Under the pieces are notes generated by a model, which saw only the letters and a list, made by a program, of their open reading frames with translations, did not search any database and was not told the DNA's origin. Below, piece after piece: positions 1-11,169 of a DNA stretch of 64,000 nt (position 1 is its first letter; every line of letters begins with the position of its first letter). Source of the stretch: Candidatus Latescibacterota bacterium (GTDB lineage Bacteria; Latescibacterota; UBA2968; SICM01); NCBI GenBank assembly GCA_965217865.1, contig CBDCJO010000002.1, forward strand, positions 64,001 to 128,000, in the 5' to 3' direction. The position numbers and the translations under genes were made by a program.

Positions 1-48
1 GAAACGGCAGTTCTCAGAGCGTCAGTCTGAAATGGTAGCCGTTGCTTC
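1..48 (+). mobile_element. 3' tail of an IS256-family transposase (remnant)
   Basis: Positions 27-45 (CTGAAATGGTAGCCGTTGC) are identical to 35515-35533, the last codons of the IS256 transposase in this window. Confidence 0.5.
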
Positions 49-300
49 AGACAGCTTTTTTCGGAGAAGAATCGCGGCAATGCGATAAGAAGAGTGTAAT
101 GTGAGAATAATTGGCGCCAACCTATGGGTGAATCTGCCCGTCCGGATATTCGCTTCTGGTTGTCGCTTGGCGTTCCAAAGCGAATTACTCCTCCGGCGTC
201 AGGCGGGATTGTGTAGCGACGGATGACATGATTTTCCTCCATTAACAGAATAACCATGTTGTCATATCCTTGACCTCCGTACCCTGTATCCCTTTTCCCC

Positions 301-420
301 TCACCTTGGATCGTAGATCGCCCCCAGGAAGAGGATGGTCCCACTCAGCCGTTCCCGGATTGAGAGCAGGAACGGCCGGTCCACCTTAATGCTGACCGCT
401 CGCCTCGGCGATCTGACGAA
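301..420 (-). pseudogene. Serpin C-terminal fragment
   Basis: Translates to KVDRPFLLSIRERLSGTILFLGAIYDPR*, matching the serpin C-terminal signature. The rest of the gene is absent. Confidence 0.7.
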
Positions 421-583
421 TCTGGTGGCGATCTCCAGCGGATGGGGCGCCCCAGGGACTCTCCCGACGCGCCATGTGTCCGGCCTGCCCAAATTTGGAC
501 TGGTTCAAACGGTTATTCCTTGATATATTTGTCGATCGACTACAAAGAGGACTCCATCATGGCAGACGTATCGATCCGGGCTC

Positions 584-775
584 ATGACCGTCCGGGACTT
601 GGCAGGGCGCCTGAACGTCGAAGAGAAGAAGGTCTACCGGTTGGCCCAGCGGGTCGAGTTGCCGGACTTCGAGGCAGCCGGCGCATGGAGATTCAAACCC
701 TCGGACCCTGACGGATGGATCGACCTGCAAGAAAGGGCTGGCGCAGGCCAAGCGGTTGAAGGAGACAAAGCATGA
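584..775 (+). CDS. Excisionase-like helix-turn-helix DNA-binding protein
   Basis: MTVRDLAGRLNVEEKKVYRLAQ...GAWRF pattern. Its stop overlaps the hsdM start (ATGA). The true start may be ATG 559 with a frameshift. Confidence 0.7.
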   Translation: MTVRDLAGRLNVEEKKVYRLAQRVELPDFEAAGAWRFKPSDPDGWIDLQERAGAGQAVEGDKA

Positions 776-2736
776 GCAGCCTGAATATCGGCAACTTCAT
801 CTGGAACATCGCTGACGATGTGCTGCGCGACGTCTATGTTCGGGGCAAGTATCGAGACGTCATTCTGCCGATGACGGTCATTCGGCGTCTGGATGCGGTG
901 CTCGAGCCGACCAAAGAGGCCGTGCTCAAGATGAAAGGGCAACTCGACAGGGCCGGCGTCGCCAATCAGCACGCTGCGCTCTGCCAGGCGTCCGGCCAGG
1001 CCTTCTATAACACGTCCTCCTTCCGCCTGCGTGATCTCGCCTCCCGGGGCAAGCAACAGCAACTCAGAGCCGATTTCGAAGCTTTCCTGGACGGCTTCTC
1101 CCCGAACGTCCAGGAGGTCCTCGACAAGTTTCAGTTCCGTAATCAGATTCCCACCCTGATCGAAGCCGGCGCGCTTGGATTCCTGATCGAGAAGTTCATC
1201 GACAGCTCGATCAATCTGAGTCCGAAACCCGTCTTGCACCAGGATGGCTCCGTCCGCCTTCCCGGACTCGACAATCACTCCATGGGGACGATCTTCGAGG
1301 AACTGATCCGTCGCTTCAACGAAGAGAACAACGAGGAAGCCGGAGAGCATTTTACTCCGCGTGACGTCGTGGAGCTGATGTCCCGTCTGATCCTTGCGCC
1401 CATCGCAGACAAGATTCGGTCAGGCACCTATCTCGTCTATGACGGCGCCTGTGGCACCGGCGGGATGCTGACCGTCGCCGAAGAGACGCTCGTCAAGCTC
1501 GCCGCAGAGAACGGCAGGGAGGTGTCTGTTCACCTCTACGGACAGGAGGTAAACCCCGAGACCTTCGCCATCAGCAAGGCCGATCTCATCCTGAAGGGTG
1601 AGGGAGGCGAGGCCGAGAACATGAAGTTCGGCTCGACCCTGTCCGGAGATGCATTCCCGTCCCGGGAATTTGACTTCATGCTCTCAAATCCACCCTACGG
1701 CAAGTCCTGGAAGACTGATCTTGAGCGCATGGGTGGGAGGAAGGACATGCGCGACCGGCGCTTCGTCACCGGGCACGCCGGGGATCCGGAGTACTCGCTG
1801 ATCACCCGCTCCAGCGACGGCCAGATGCTGTTTCTGGCCAACATGCTGAGCAAGATGAAACACGGCACCAGGTTGGGCAGCCGCATCGCCGAGGTCCACA
1901 ACGGTTCGTCCCTGTTCACCGGCGACGCCGGCCAGGGCGAGAGCAACATCCGGCGCTGGATCATCGAGAACGACTGGTTGGAGGCCGTCGTCGCACTGCC
2001 GCTCAACATGTTCTACAACACGGGCATCGCAACCTATATCTGGGTACTCGGCAACCGCAAGCTGGAGCATCGCCGGGGCAAGGTCCAACTCATTGACGCC
2101 ACCAAGTGGTTCAAGCCGTTGCGCAGGAACCTCGGCAAGAAGAACTGCGAACTGTCGGGCGAGGACATCCGGCGCATCTGCGAAGCATTCCTGGCCTTCG
2201 AGGAGACTGAACAGTCGAAGATATTCCCCAACGCCGCTTTCGGCTACCGGAAGGTAACGGTCGATCGGCCGTTACGCCTTGAGGGGATCGACCCCGAGCG
2301 CGCCTGCCCTGCCAAAGAGATCAAGGCGCTCAAGGAGGAAGCCGGGCGTTCGGAGACCGCGCCTCCGGTCATCAAGAAGATTCTCAAGAAGGGCGCCGAG
2401 CCCGACCCCGTGCGCGGTCTGTTCGCAGCCACCGTCAAGGGCAAGCCCGTCGTCGTCGAGTACGAACCCGACACTGAGCTGCGTGACACCGAGCAAATCC
2501 CGCTGTTGGAGGAGGGCGGAATCGAGGCGTTCCTGCGCCGAGAAGTGCTGCCCTATGCGCCTGACGCATGGTTTGTGCCGGACAGCATCAAGACCGGCTA
2601 CGAGGTCAGCTTCACCCGATACTTCTACAAGCCCCAGCCACTGCGCAAGCTGGAAGAGATCCGGGCGGAAATTCTGGCGCTGGAGCAGGAGACGGAGGGG
2701 TTGCTCGAAAAGATTATTGGGACAATGGAAAGATGA
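772..2736 (+). CDS. hsdM: Type I restriction-modification methyltransferase subunit
   Basis: GEHFTPRDVV, YDGACGTGGML (motif I), NPPY (motif IV), MFYNTGIATYIW. Confidence 0.95.
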   Translation: MSSLNIGNFIWNIADDVLRDVYVRGKYRDVILPMTVIRRLDAVLEPTKEAVLKMKGQLDRAGVANQHAALCQASGQAFYNTSSFRLRDLASRGKQQQLRADFEAFLDGFSPNVQEVLDKFQFRNQIPTLIEAGALGFLIEKFIDSSINLSPKPVLHQDGSVRLPGLDNHSMGTIFEELIRRFNEENNEEAGEHFTPRDVVELMSRLILAPIADKIRSGTYLVYDGACGTGGMLTVAEETLVKLAAENGREVSVHLYGQEVNPETFAISKADLILKGEGGEAENMKFGSTLSGDAFPSREFDFMLSNPPYGKSWKTDLERMGGRKDMRDRRFVTGHAGDPEYSLITRSSDGQMLFLANMLSKMKHGTRLGSRIAEVHNGSSLFTGDAGQGESNIRRWIIENDWLEAVVALPLNMFYNTGIATYIWVLGNRKLEHRRGKVQLIDATKWFKPLRRNLGKKNCELSGEDIRRICEAFLAFEETEQSKIFPNAAFGYRKVTVDRPLRLEGIDPERACPAKEIKALKEEAGRSETAPPVIKKILKKGAEPDPVRGLFAATVKGKPVVVEYEPDTELRDTEQIPLLEEGGIEAFLRREVLPYAPDAWFVPDSIKTGYEVSFTRYFYKPQPLRKLEEIRAEILALEQETEGLLEKIIGTMER

Positions 2737-3542
2737 GCATGGTTCCTTCGTTCCCTGCAGGTCAGATCGAGTCGTTGGCAAAACTGCTCGGTGATTGCGG
2801 TACTGGACCGGATATCACTCGTATGCTGGCTCATTGCGGGCTGATTGATGGCTCGGGAGAATCCACCAAATGGCGGAGGCTCTATTGGGTATTCCTCGAT
2901 GTCCAGAACAGGGACAGGTGCGCCAACCAAACACTCAACTTCATTAAGGCTTTCTTTACGCCTGCCCGTTTCGTTGGCAGGAATGAGGAATTCGAACCGC
3001 ACCGTCAAGCACTGAACACAATCTTGGCATTCTCAGGGCTTGAGTACGGATCTGACGGGAAATTCCGGAAGCGCCGGGCTGCACAGACGCTGAGTGAGGC
3101 AGAGCGGCGAGCAGACACGATCCAGGCAAAGTTTCAGGGGCGGCGCATCCATCCGGAAGTAATGAAGTACTGTCGCGCTGAACTTATGCAGGACGACTAC
3201 TTCCATGCTGTCTTCGAGGCGACCAAAGGGCTGGCGCAACGGATTCGCGAGATGTCGGGAGTTGATGGGGACGGAGCGACCCTTGTGGATCGGGTCTTCT
3301 CTACCAGCCGGCCAGTGCTGGCGTTCAACCCGTTGCAAACCGAGACGGAAAAGAGTGAACACCGGGGATTTGCCGAGCTGCTGAAGGGTTGCCTTGCGGC
3401 CGTCAGGAACCCTCGCGCGCACGAACCGAAGATACTCTGGAAGGGTGAAGATGATGCAGCGGACTACTTCACTCTGATTTCACTCCTCCATCGGAAGCTG
3501 GATGATTACGTGACGACCGGGTTGAGAGCATTCCGTGATTAG
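2733..3542 (+). CDS. TIGR02391-family protein inside the type I R-M operon
   Basis: HPEVMKYC...DYFHAVFEATKG...RNPRAH motifs. ATG 2733 overlaps the hsdM stop and is preferred over the longer ORF from 2568. Confidence 0.8.
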   Translation: MSMVPSFPAGQIESLAKLLGDCGTGPDITRMLAHCGLIDGSGESTKWRRLYWVFLDVQNRDRCANQTLNFIKAFFTPARFVGRNEEFEPHRQALNTILAFSGLEYGSDGKFRKRRAAQTLSEAERRADTIQAKFQGRRIHPEVMKYCRAELMQDDYFHAVFEATKGLAQRIREMSGVDGDGATLVDRVFSTSRPVLAFNPLQTETEKSEHRGFAELLKGCLAAVRNPRAHEPKILWKGEDDAADYFTLISLLHRKLDDYVTTGLRAFRD

Positions 3543-4956
3543 AGACCTCCACTCCTACCCCTCCTATAAGCCCTCCGGCGTCGAGTGGCTCGGCGACGTG
3601 CCAGAGCATTGGGAGGTGAGGCGACTTCTAACTGTTGCCGAAATGAGGGTCAGTAACGTGGATAAGCATACCAAGGAGGATGAATTACCAGTCCGACTCT
3701 GCAATTATGTCGATGTTTACAAGAACGACCGTATCACTCAGGGGATGGCCTTCATGAACGCAACGGCCTCGCGAGAGGAGGTTGAGAGGTTCCGCCTACA
3801 GCGAGATGATGTCCTCATAACTAAGGACTCCGAGTCCTGGGACGACATCGGGGTTCCGGCTCTTGTGACGGAGCCAGCCGATGATCTTCTCTCCGGTTAT
3901 CATTTGGCCTTACTGCGGCCTCTCAGACAGGTGCTAGGGGCTTATCTGGCCCGGACTTTACAAAGCAGGGGAGTTGCGTATCAGTTTCACGTAGAAGCGA
4001 AGGGTGTAACGCGATACGGCCTTACTCACGCTGGCATCCAATCGGTATACATTCCCCTCCCCCCCCTCCCCGAGCAAGCCACCATCGTCCGCTATCTCGA
4101 CCACACCGACGAACGCATCAGGCGCTACATCCGCGCCAAGCAGAAGCTGATCAAGTTGCTTGAGGAGCAGAAGCAGGCCGTCATCCACCGCGCCGTCACC
4201 AGCGGCATGGACTCCGACGTTCCCCTCAAGCCCTCCGGCGTCGAGTGGCTCGGCGACGTGCCAGAGCATTGGGAGGTGGCTCGCCTTAAAGGGTATGTAG
4301 CAAATATTGTTGACCAAGCTAGCGAGCGTGGGGCTGATGAAATTTACATTGCTCTCGAACACGTCGAGAGTTGGACTGGCAGGTTTCGTGAAGCCGGACA
4401 GGACGTTGGTTTTGATGGTAACGTAAAACGATTCCGGGCCGGAGATGTACTTTTCGGCAAGCTACGGCCCTACTTGGCAAAGGCCACACGACCTGATCGC
4501 AAAGGGGTTTGCGTCGGGGAGTTTCTAGTGTTACGCCCCCGTGATGGTGACCTGATGTCAAACTATCTGAAATACCTTCTTCGATCAAAACCGATTGTCG
4601 ATGCAATCAGCGCTTCGACTTTTGGTGCCAAGATGCCCCGTGCTGATTGGCAGTTTGTTGGTGGTATGAAACAATCCCTCCCACCCCTCCCCGAGCAAGC
4701 CGCCATCGTCCGCTATCTCGACAAGGCCACCGCCGCCATCGACACCGCCGTTGACCGCGCCTACCGCCAAATCGAGCTGTTGCGCGAATACCGCACCCGC
4801 CTGATCGCCGACATCGTGACCGGCAAGCTCGACGTGCGTGATGTTGAGATTCCAGCGCCTGGGGAAGAGCCCGCATTCGACGGAACCGACGATTTGGAAG
4901 GGGAGACGGAGCCAGACGAGGCCGAGGTGATGGAGGAGGCCTATCGTGACGACTGA
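3535..4956 (+). CDS. hsdS: Type I R-M specificity subunit
   Basis: Two TRDs, each preceded by KPSGVEWLGDVPEHWEV and followed by LPPLPEQ..IVRYLD; C-terminal VTGKLDVR. Confidence 0.95.
   Translation: MIRDLHSYPSYKPSGVEWLGDVPEHWEVRRLLTVAEMRVSNVDKHTKEDELPVRLCNYVDVYKNDRITQGMAFMNATASREEVERFRLQRDDVLITKDSESWDDIGVPALVTEPADDLLSGYHLALLRPLRQVLGAYLARTLQSRGVAYQFHVEAKGVTRYGLTHAGIQSVYIPLPPLPEQATIVRYLDHTDERIRRYIRAKQKLIKLLEEQKQAVIHRAVTSGMDSDVPLKPSGVEWLGDVPEHWEVARLKGYVANIVDQASERGADEIYIALEHVESWTGRFREAGQDVGFDGNVKRFRAGDVLFGKLRPYLAKATRPDRKGVCVGEFLVLRPRDGDLMSNYLKYLLRSKPIVDAISASTFGAKMPRADWQFVGGMKQSLPPLPEQAAIVRYLDKATAAIDTAVDRAYRQIELLREYRTRLIADIVTGKLDVRDVEIPAPGEEPAFDGTDDLEGETEPDEAEVMEEAYRDD
3568..4278 (+). repeat. 51-bp identical direct repeat in the hsdS conserved regions (3568-3618 and 4228-4278)
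   Basis: AAGCCCTCCGGCGTCGAGTGGCTCGGCGACGTGCCAGAGCATTGGGAGGTG occurs twice. A second near-identical pair lies at about 4063-4101 and 4684-4722. Confidence 0.9.
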
Positions 4957-7909
4957 TACCAGCGAGAAAGGCCTGGAATCGCTCATCGTCCGCTCGCTGA
5001 TCGACGAGGCCGGCTATGCCGCCGGGGACCCGAGGGACTATGACCGCGACCATGCCGTCGACCTGGCCAAGCTTCTCGTCTTCCTGATCGCCACGCAACC
5101 AGAGACCGTCGAGACGCTCGGCATCGGCACGGATGGCCCGCAGCGCGTCAAGTTCCTTCACCGTCTTCAGGGCGATATCGCCAAGCGCGGCGTCATCGAC
5201 GTACTGCGCAACGGCGTGAAGCACGGTCCGTGTTCTGTCGAGTTATTCTTTGGCACGCCGTCTCCCGGCAACGCCAAGGCGGAGGAGCTGTTCGCCGCGA
5301 ACGTCTTCAGCGTCACGCGCCAGCTGCACTACTCGAAGGACGAAACCAGGCTGTCGCTCGACGTGGCGCTCTTCGTCAACGGCCTGCCGGTCGCTACGTT
5401 CGAGCTCAAGAACAGCCTGACGAAGCAGACCGTCGAGGACGCCATCGAGCAGTACAAGCGCGACCGCGACCCGAGGGAGCTGCTTTTCCGGTTCGGCCGC
5501 TGCGCCGTCCATTTCGCGGTGGACGATCACGAGGTGCGGATGTGCACCCACCTCAAAGGCGAGGGATCGTGGTTCCTGCCCTTCAACCAGGGTTGGAACG
5601 ACGGTGGGGGCAATCCGCCGAATCCCGCCGGCCTCAAGACCGGCTACTTCTGGAAGGAGGTTCTGACCAGGCGGAACCTGACGGACATCTTCGAAAACTA
5701 CGCCCAGGTGGTCGAGGAGAGGGACGACAAAGGCCGGAAGAAGGCCCCGAAGCAGATCTTCCCTCGTTTCCACCAACTCGACGTGGTTCGCAAGCTGCTG
5801 GCGGACGTGAAGGCTTCCGGCGCAGGCAAGCGCTACCTGATCCAACATTCGGCGGGATCGGGCAAGAGCAACTCCATTGCCTGGCTCGCCCACCAGATGA
5901 TCGGTCTGGAAACAGGCGGTACGCCGACGTTCGACTCCGTCATCGTCGTCACCGACCGGCTGGTGCTCGACAGGCAGATCCGCGACACGATCAGGCAGTT
6001 CGCCCAGGTGTCATCCGTCGTCGGCCATGCGGAGCGGTCCGGCGACCTGAGGGCCTTTCTCAAGGCGGGGAAGAAGATCACGATCACCACCGTCCAGAAA
6101 TTTCCCTTCGTCCTCGACGAGATCGGCGATGAACACCGAGGCCGCAGGTTCGCCATCATCATCGACGAAGCCCATTCGAGCCAGGGCGGCCGGACGTCCG
6201 CCGCGGTCTCCATGGCCCTGGGGACGGCCGGTGCCGGGGACGAAGACGAGACGACCGAGGACAAGATCAACCGGCTGATGGAGTCCAAAAGACTGTTGCC
6301 CAACGCCAGCTACTTCGCGTTTACCGCGACGCCGAAGAACAAGACGCTGGAGATTTTCGGAGAGCCCGTACCCAGGGGCGGGCGGGTCGGGCACGTTCCA
6401 TTCCACAGCTACACGATGAAGCAGGCGATACAGGAGGGCTTCATCCTGGATGTGCTGGAGCACTACACCCCGGTGGACAGCTACTGCCGGCTCATGAAGA
6501 CGGTGGAGGACGATCCTCTGTTTGACGCCAGACGGGCGCAGAGGAAGCTTCGAAGATATATCGAATCGCACGAGCACGCCATCCGCCAGAAGGCGGAGAT
6601 CATGGTCGATCACTTTCACGATCAGGTCGTTGCGCGCCGGAAGATCGGCGGCCAGGCCCGGGCCATGGTGGTGACCGACGGTATCCAACGGGCGATCCGT
6701 TATTTTCACTCCTTCGAGGAGTATCTGGAGGAACGCAAGAGCCCCTACCGGGCAGTGGTCGCCTTCTCGGGCGAGCACGAATACGGCGGACGGAGGGTCA
6801 CCGAGGCGTCGCTCAATGGATTTCCGTCTGGCAAGATTGCCGACAGGATACGGGAAGACCCTTACCGGTTTCTGGTTTGCGCCGACAAGTTCCAGACCGG
6901 CTACGACGAGCCGCTCTTGCACACCATGTACGTGGACAAGGTGCTCTCGGGCATCAAGGCGGTTCAGACGATCTCACGATTGAACCGTGCGCGTCCGCAG
7001 AAGCACGACACTTTCGTGCTGGACTTCATGAACGATGCCGGGGGCATCGGAGCGTCGTTCGAACCTTACTATCGAACCACGATTCTCAGCGAAGAAACCG
7101 ATCCGGACAAGCTGCACGACCTGAAGGCCGGCCTCGATGGTTATCAGGTCTACAACCGGGACCAGGTGGAAGAACTCGTCGCTCTTTACTTGAGCGGGGC
7201 TGACCGCGACAGGATCGATCCGGTCCTGGATGGCTGTGTGGCGATCTACAGATCCGATCTGGATGAGGACGGCCAAGTCGATTTCAAGGGCAAAACGAAG
7301 GCGTTCACACGGACTTACGGGTTCCTCTCGTCGATCCTGCCTTACACAAACGCGGAATGGGAGAAGCTGTCCATATTTCTAACCTTCCTGACGCCCAGGC
7401 TGCCGGCACCGGAGGAGCAGGACCTGTCAAAGGGCATTCTCGAGGCGATCGACATGGACAGCTACCGGGTCGAGGTACGGGCGAGGATGGCGATCACCCT
7501 GCCCGACGCGGACGCTGAGATTGGTCCGGTGCCGACGAGCGGCGGCGGCCGGAAACCAGAGCCGGAGGTCGATTACCTGAGCAACATTCTCAAGACGTTC
7601 AACGAGCTGTTCGGCAACATCGAGTGGAAGGATGCCGACAAGATCGGCAAAGTCATTACCGAGGAACTGCCGGACATGGTCGCTGCCGACAAACCCTATC
7701 AGAACGCGATGAGGAACTCCGACCGGCAGAACGCCCGGATTGAACACGACAAGGCACTCGAACGGGCTGTGATTGAATTGCTTTCCGACCACACTGAACT
7801 CTTCAAGCAGTTCAGTGACAACTCTTCATTCCGGAAATGGCTGTTGGAGACCATCTTTACAGTCACCTACCATCAAGGGGGCGAAGGTGGGAACCTGTCA
7901 GTCCCGTAG
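4946..7909 (+). CDS. hsdR: Type I restriction endonuclease R subunit
   Basis: D..LFVNGLP...ELK nuclease motif, QHSAGSGKS, DEAH box, FTATPK, FQTGYDEP, QTISRLNR. Confidence 0.95.
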   Translation: MTTDTSEKGLESLIVRSLIDEAGYAAGDPRDYDRDHAVDLAKLLVFLIATQPETVETLGIGTDGPQRVKFLHRLQGDIAKRGVIDVLRNGVKHGPCSVELFFGTPSPGNAKAEELFAANVFSVTRQLHYSKDETRLSLDVALFVNGLPVATFELKNSLTKQTVEDAIEQYKRDRDPRELLFRFGRCAVHFAVDDHEVRMCTHLKGEGSWFLPFNQGWNDGGGNPPNPAGLKTGYFWKEVLTRRNLTDIFENYAQVVEERDDKGRKKAPKQIFPRFHQLDVVRKLLADVKASGAGKRYLIQHSAGSGKSNSIAWLAHQMIGLETGGTPTFDSVIVVTDRLVLDRQIRDTIRQFAQVSSVVGHAERSGDLRAFLKAGKKITITTVQKFPFVLDEIGDEHRGRRFAIIIDEAHSSQGGRTSAAVSMALGTAGAGDEDETTEDKINRLMESKRLLPNASYFAFTATPKNKTLEIFGEPVPRGGRVGHVPFHSYTMKQAIQEGFILDVLEHYTPVDSYCRLMKTVEDDPLFDARRAQRKLRRYIESHEHAIRQKAEIMVDHFHDQVVARRKIGGQARAMVVTDGIQRAIRYFHSFEEYLEERKSPYRAVVAFSGEHEYGGRRVTEASLNGFPSGKIADRIREDPYRFLVCADKFQTGYDEPLLHTMYVDKVLSGIKAVQTISRLNRARPQKHDTFVLDFMNDAGGIGASFEPYYRTTILSEETDPDKLHDLKAGLDGYQVYNRDQVEELVALYLSGADRDRIDPVLDGCVAIYRSDLDEDGQVDFKGKTKAFTRTYGFLSSILPYTNAEWEKLSIFLTFLTPRLPAPEEQDLSKGILEAIDMDSYRVEVRARMAITLPDADAEIGPVPTSGGGRKPEPEVDYLSNILKTFNELFGNIEWKDADKIGKVITEELPDMVAADKPYQNAMRNSDRQNARIEHDKALERAVIELLSDHTELFKQFSDNSSFRKWLLETIFTVTYHQGGEGGNLSVP

Positions 7910-7959
7910 AAGCGATGACTGCTGTTCAGGCAGGTATGACTCTTAAAAAGCTTTTCAGA

Positions 7960-8103
7960 AGTCTGACTGCTCGGGACGTTGCTCACGGTGCTGATGATAT
8001 TGAATATACTTTCTGATCACCTCTGCGGCCACCTCATCACTAACGGTGCGAACAAAATACCCATCTTCCCAAACTCACCACCCCACAGGTGTCTTTTAAC
8101 CTC
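7960..8103 (-). pseudogene. tnpA: IS200/IS605 TnpA C-terminal fragment
   Basis: Minus strand reads RVKRHLWGGEF, then a frameshift, then EDGYFVRTVSDEVAAEVIRKYIQYH, a typical Y1 transposase C-terminus. Confidence 0.75.
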
Positions 8104-8337
8104 TCAGATCGATTCGGAGGAGACGGTGTCATCCCACACCGTCAAGCGGTTCTTCAGACTGTTCCCCTTTCCGACAGGACGTTCCCCACATGCGTGTGCC
8201 GGATAAGGACCGATCAATGACCGGGAACAGGAAGTACAAGGTAAAAGGCCGACCCTATCACTCGGAGCCGAACCACCAAGGCACTCCGGCCAGGGAGCTA
8301 TGATCAGATTCGAGAATTTATTCGGGGAGATAGTGGC

Positions 8338-8693
8338 ATGACGCAGGATGCCATTACCCTGGTCGTGGATAACCTGAATACGCACCAGAAAGCTGCGTTG
8401 TACGAAGTCTTTCCGCCAGAGGAAGCCAAACGGATTGCAGACAAGATTGACATGCATTTCACACCCAAGCGCGGCAGTTGGCTCAACATCGCCGAAATCG
8501 GCCTGAACGTCCTCTACCGTCAGTGTCTGGATCGACGTATCTCTACCATCCAACAACTCGGCAAGGAAGTGAAAGCTTGGCTCACAGAGCGGGATCAGAA
8601 TCCACCCATCGTCAACTGGCGCTTCAACACCAAAGATGCACGCATCAAGCTGAAGCGCCTCTATCCCGCATTCCTACCTGGGTGAACCACTAG
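8338..8693 (+). mobile_element. IS630-family transposase C-terminal fragment with right end
   Basis: LVVDNLNTH, HFTPKRGSWLNIAE, WRFNTKDARIKLKRLYP; the element ends ...GAACCACTAG. Confidence 0.85.
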
Positions 8694-8709
8694 CCTTCAG
8701 GGATGCCTG

Positions 8710-11169
8710 ATGAGATCACGAACACCCGCAAGTGTGGTCGTCCTCTGCATCGCGTGCATCGTAGTTGGCGTGTCCGCTGCGGAGCAACCAGGACAGATCA
8801 CGGGCGTCGTCGTCGACGTGACGGACGGCGTGCTGCCCGGCGCGTCGGTCAGGCTGGGCGGCGCTCCGAGTGGCCCGCAGCAGGTGCAGACGGATGCGCG
8901 GGGCCGGTTTGCGTTCACCGGCCTCTCCCCAGGCGTCTACAGGGTGTCCGTCTACCTGAACGGGTTCGGCGAGGCGGCCGTGAACGACGTCGCGGTTGCG
9001 GGCGATCCGGTGGCGCTTCTTCCCATCACGTTGCGGCGGGCCGCGTTCGACGACGTCGCGGTCGTCACTGCGACCCGGGTCGAGGAGCCGCTGCAGCAGG
9101 TGCCGATGAGCATCTCCGCGGTGACCGGCGCGGACATCGAGCGTCGGGTGATCGGGAACCTGACGGAGCTGTCGCGCTGGACGCCCGGCTTGACCGTGGT
9201 CGATCAGGGCGCACGCGGCAGCAACGTCATCATCGCGCGCGGCCTGCACACGGATGCGCTGAACGGATCGGAGGCGGCCGGCAACAACTACAATAACGGC
9301 GTTGCCACCTACCTCGGCGACATTCCGCTCGCCGTCGACCTCCGGCTGCACGACATCGAACGCGTCGAGGTGCTGCTCGGACCGCAGGGGACGCTGTACG
9401 GCGCCGGCACGCTGGCCGGAGCGGTGCGCTACCTGCCTCGTCGCCCGGACACCGAACGCCGCACGCTGGACGTCCGCGGCGACCTGTTCGGCCTGGCACA
9501 CGGCGGCGCCCCCGGAACCGACGCCGGCCTGACCTTCAATCTGCCGCTCGTCACGCGGAAGCTGGCGCTGCGCGGCTCCGTCGATCGCTACGGCGCCCCT
9601 GGGTTCATCGACTACAACTACCTGTTGCGCACGCCGGGCGTCTCCGAGCCGGACCTGACCGATCCCGAGGCGGTGGAGGCGAACCTCCGCCGGGAGCCCG
9701 ACGCGAACACCGAGGAGACGCTCTCCGCGCGGCTCTCCCTGCTCTGGGAGCCGGCGTCGGACCTCTCGGCCCTCGTCGCGTACCACTTGCAGGACCAGTG
9801 GGTCGGGGCGCGGCAGATCAACCACGTGCGGTCTTTCGGCACGGATCGCTACGTCTCCGCGCACCGCTTCCTCGAGCCCAACGACCGGAAGAACGAGCTG
9901 TTGAGCCTGGAGGTGACCTGGGCGCTGGGTAGCACGGAACTGACGTCCGAGACCGGCTACTCCCGCTTCGCGGAGCGCGGCCAGCGCGACCAGACCGACC
10001 TCCTCATCCAGGAGTTCGGCATCGCGGGACTGCTGCCCGGCACGTTCCCGGCGCTCGCGCGGGCGCAGGCGATCGATTCGGGCGTCACCGCCACCGACCT
10101 GACGTCCGGGTTCCGCTCGTTCGCCGCCTATACGCGGGAAGACGCGCGGGAGGAGCGCTTCAACTGGGAGGTGCGGCTGGTCTCGACCGGCGACGGGCCG
10201 TGGCACTGGGTCGGCGGTGCGTTCTTCAACAACTACGACAGCCGCGCGACGAGCTTCGAGTACGCGCCCGGGCTGTCGGAGTTCTCCGGTGTTACGCCGG
10301 TCCTGGGTGGGAGCCCGGTGTCCGAGCCGGTCGAGTACTACAACCTCGGGGTGCAGGACGTTGAAGAGCGTGCCCTGTTCGGCAAGGTCACGCGCGACCT
10401 CGGCGACCGGTGGCGCGTGACGGGCGGCGGCCGCTGGTTCGGCTACGGCATCGCGACCGGCAGCCTCAGCGAGTTCCCGTACACGCCGATGTACAACTCG
10501 CCCTTCAGCGATTTCGAGTCCGACGACCGCGGCTTTCTGTTCAAGGGGAGCGTCAGCTACCGGCTCGACGACCAGACGAACGCGTACTTCACCCGGTCGG
10601 AGGGGTACCGCATCGGCGGCGGCAACAACTTCCGGGTCTGCACCGACGCGGAGATCGCGCTGCTCACGGACGCTGATGACAGCAACGACCCGCCGCAGTC
10701 GGGTTGCATCTACGCCGAGCAGGCGCTCATCCGGCCGGACAAGACGACCAACTACGAGGTGGGGCTACGCCACTCATGGCGCGACGAACGGTTCACCCTC
10801 AGCGCGACCGTGTTCCACGTCGACTGGACCGACATCCAGGTGGCGGGGCTTACCCCGTTCAGTGCGGAGCCGATCACGCTGAACGGCGGCGGGGCGGTGA
10901 GCCGCGGTGTCGAGGTGGCGTCGGCGGCCAGCGTGACGAACGCGTTGCGCCTTCGCGGGTCGTGGTCGTATACGCGGGCGGATCTCAGTCAGGACTCGCC
11001 CGGCCTGCTCGACGACGGCGCCGACGCCTTCGAGGGCGACCGGCTTCCGGGCGCGCCGCGCCACCAGGGGAGCCTGCTCGCCTCCTGCGCCACGCTGCTC
11101 GGCCGCGACGTCGCCTTCGAGGTGCAGTACGGCTACAGCTATGTCGGCGACGTGCTAGTCTCCTGGTAA
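8710..11169 (+). pseudogene. TonB-dependent receptor with N-terminal carboxypeptidase-regulatory-like domain, C-terminally truncated
   Basis: Signal peptide; VVTATRVEEPLQQVPMSI; ERVEVLLGPQGTLYGAG plug; beta-barrel strands. It ends abruptly at CTAG 11155 with no terminal aromatic strand and is much more GC-rich than its flanks. Confidence 0.85.
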
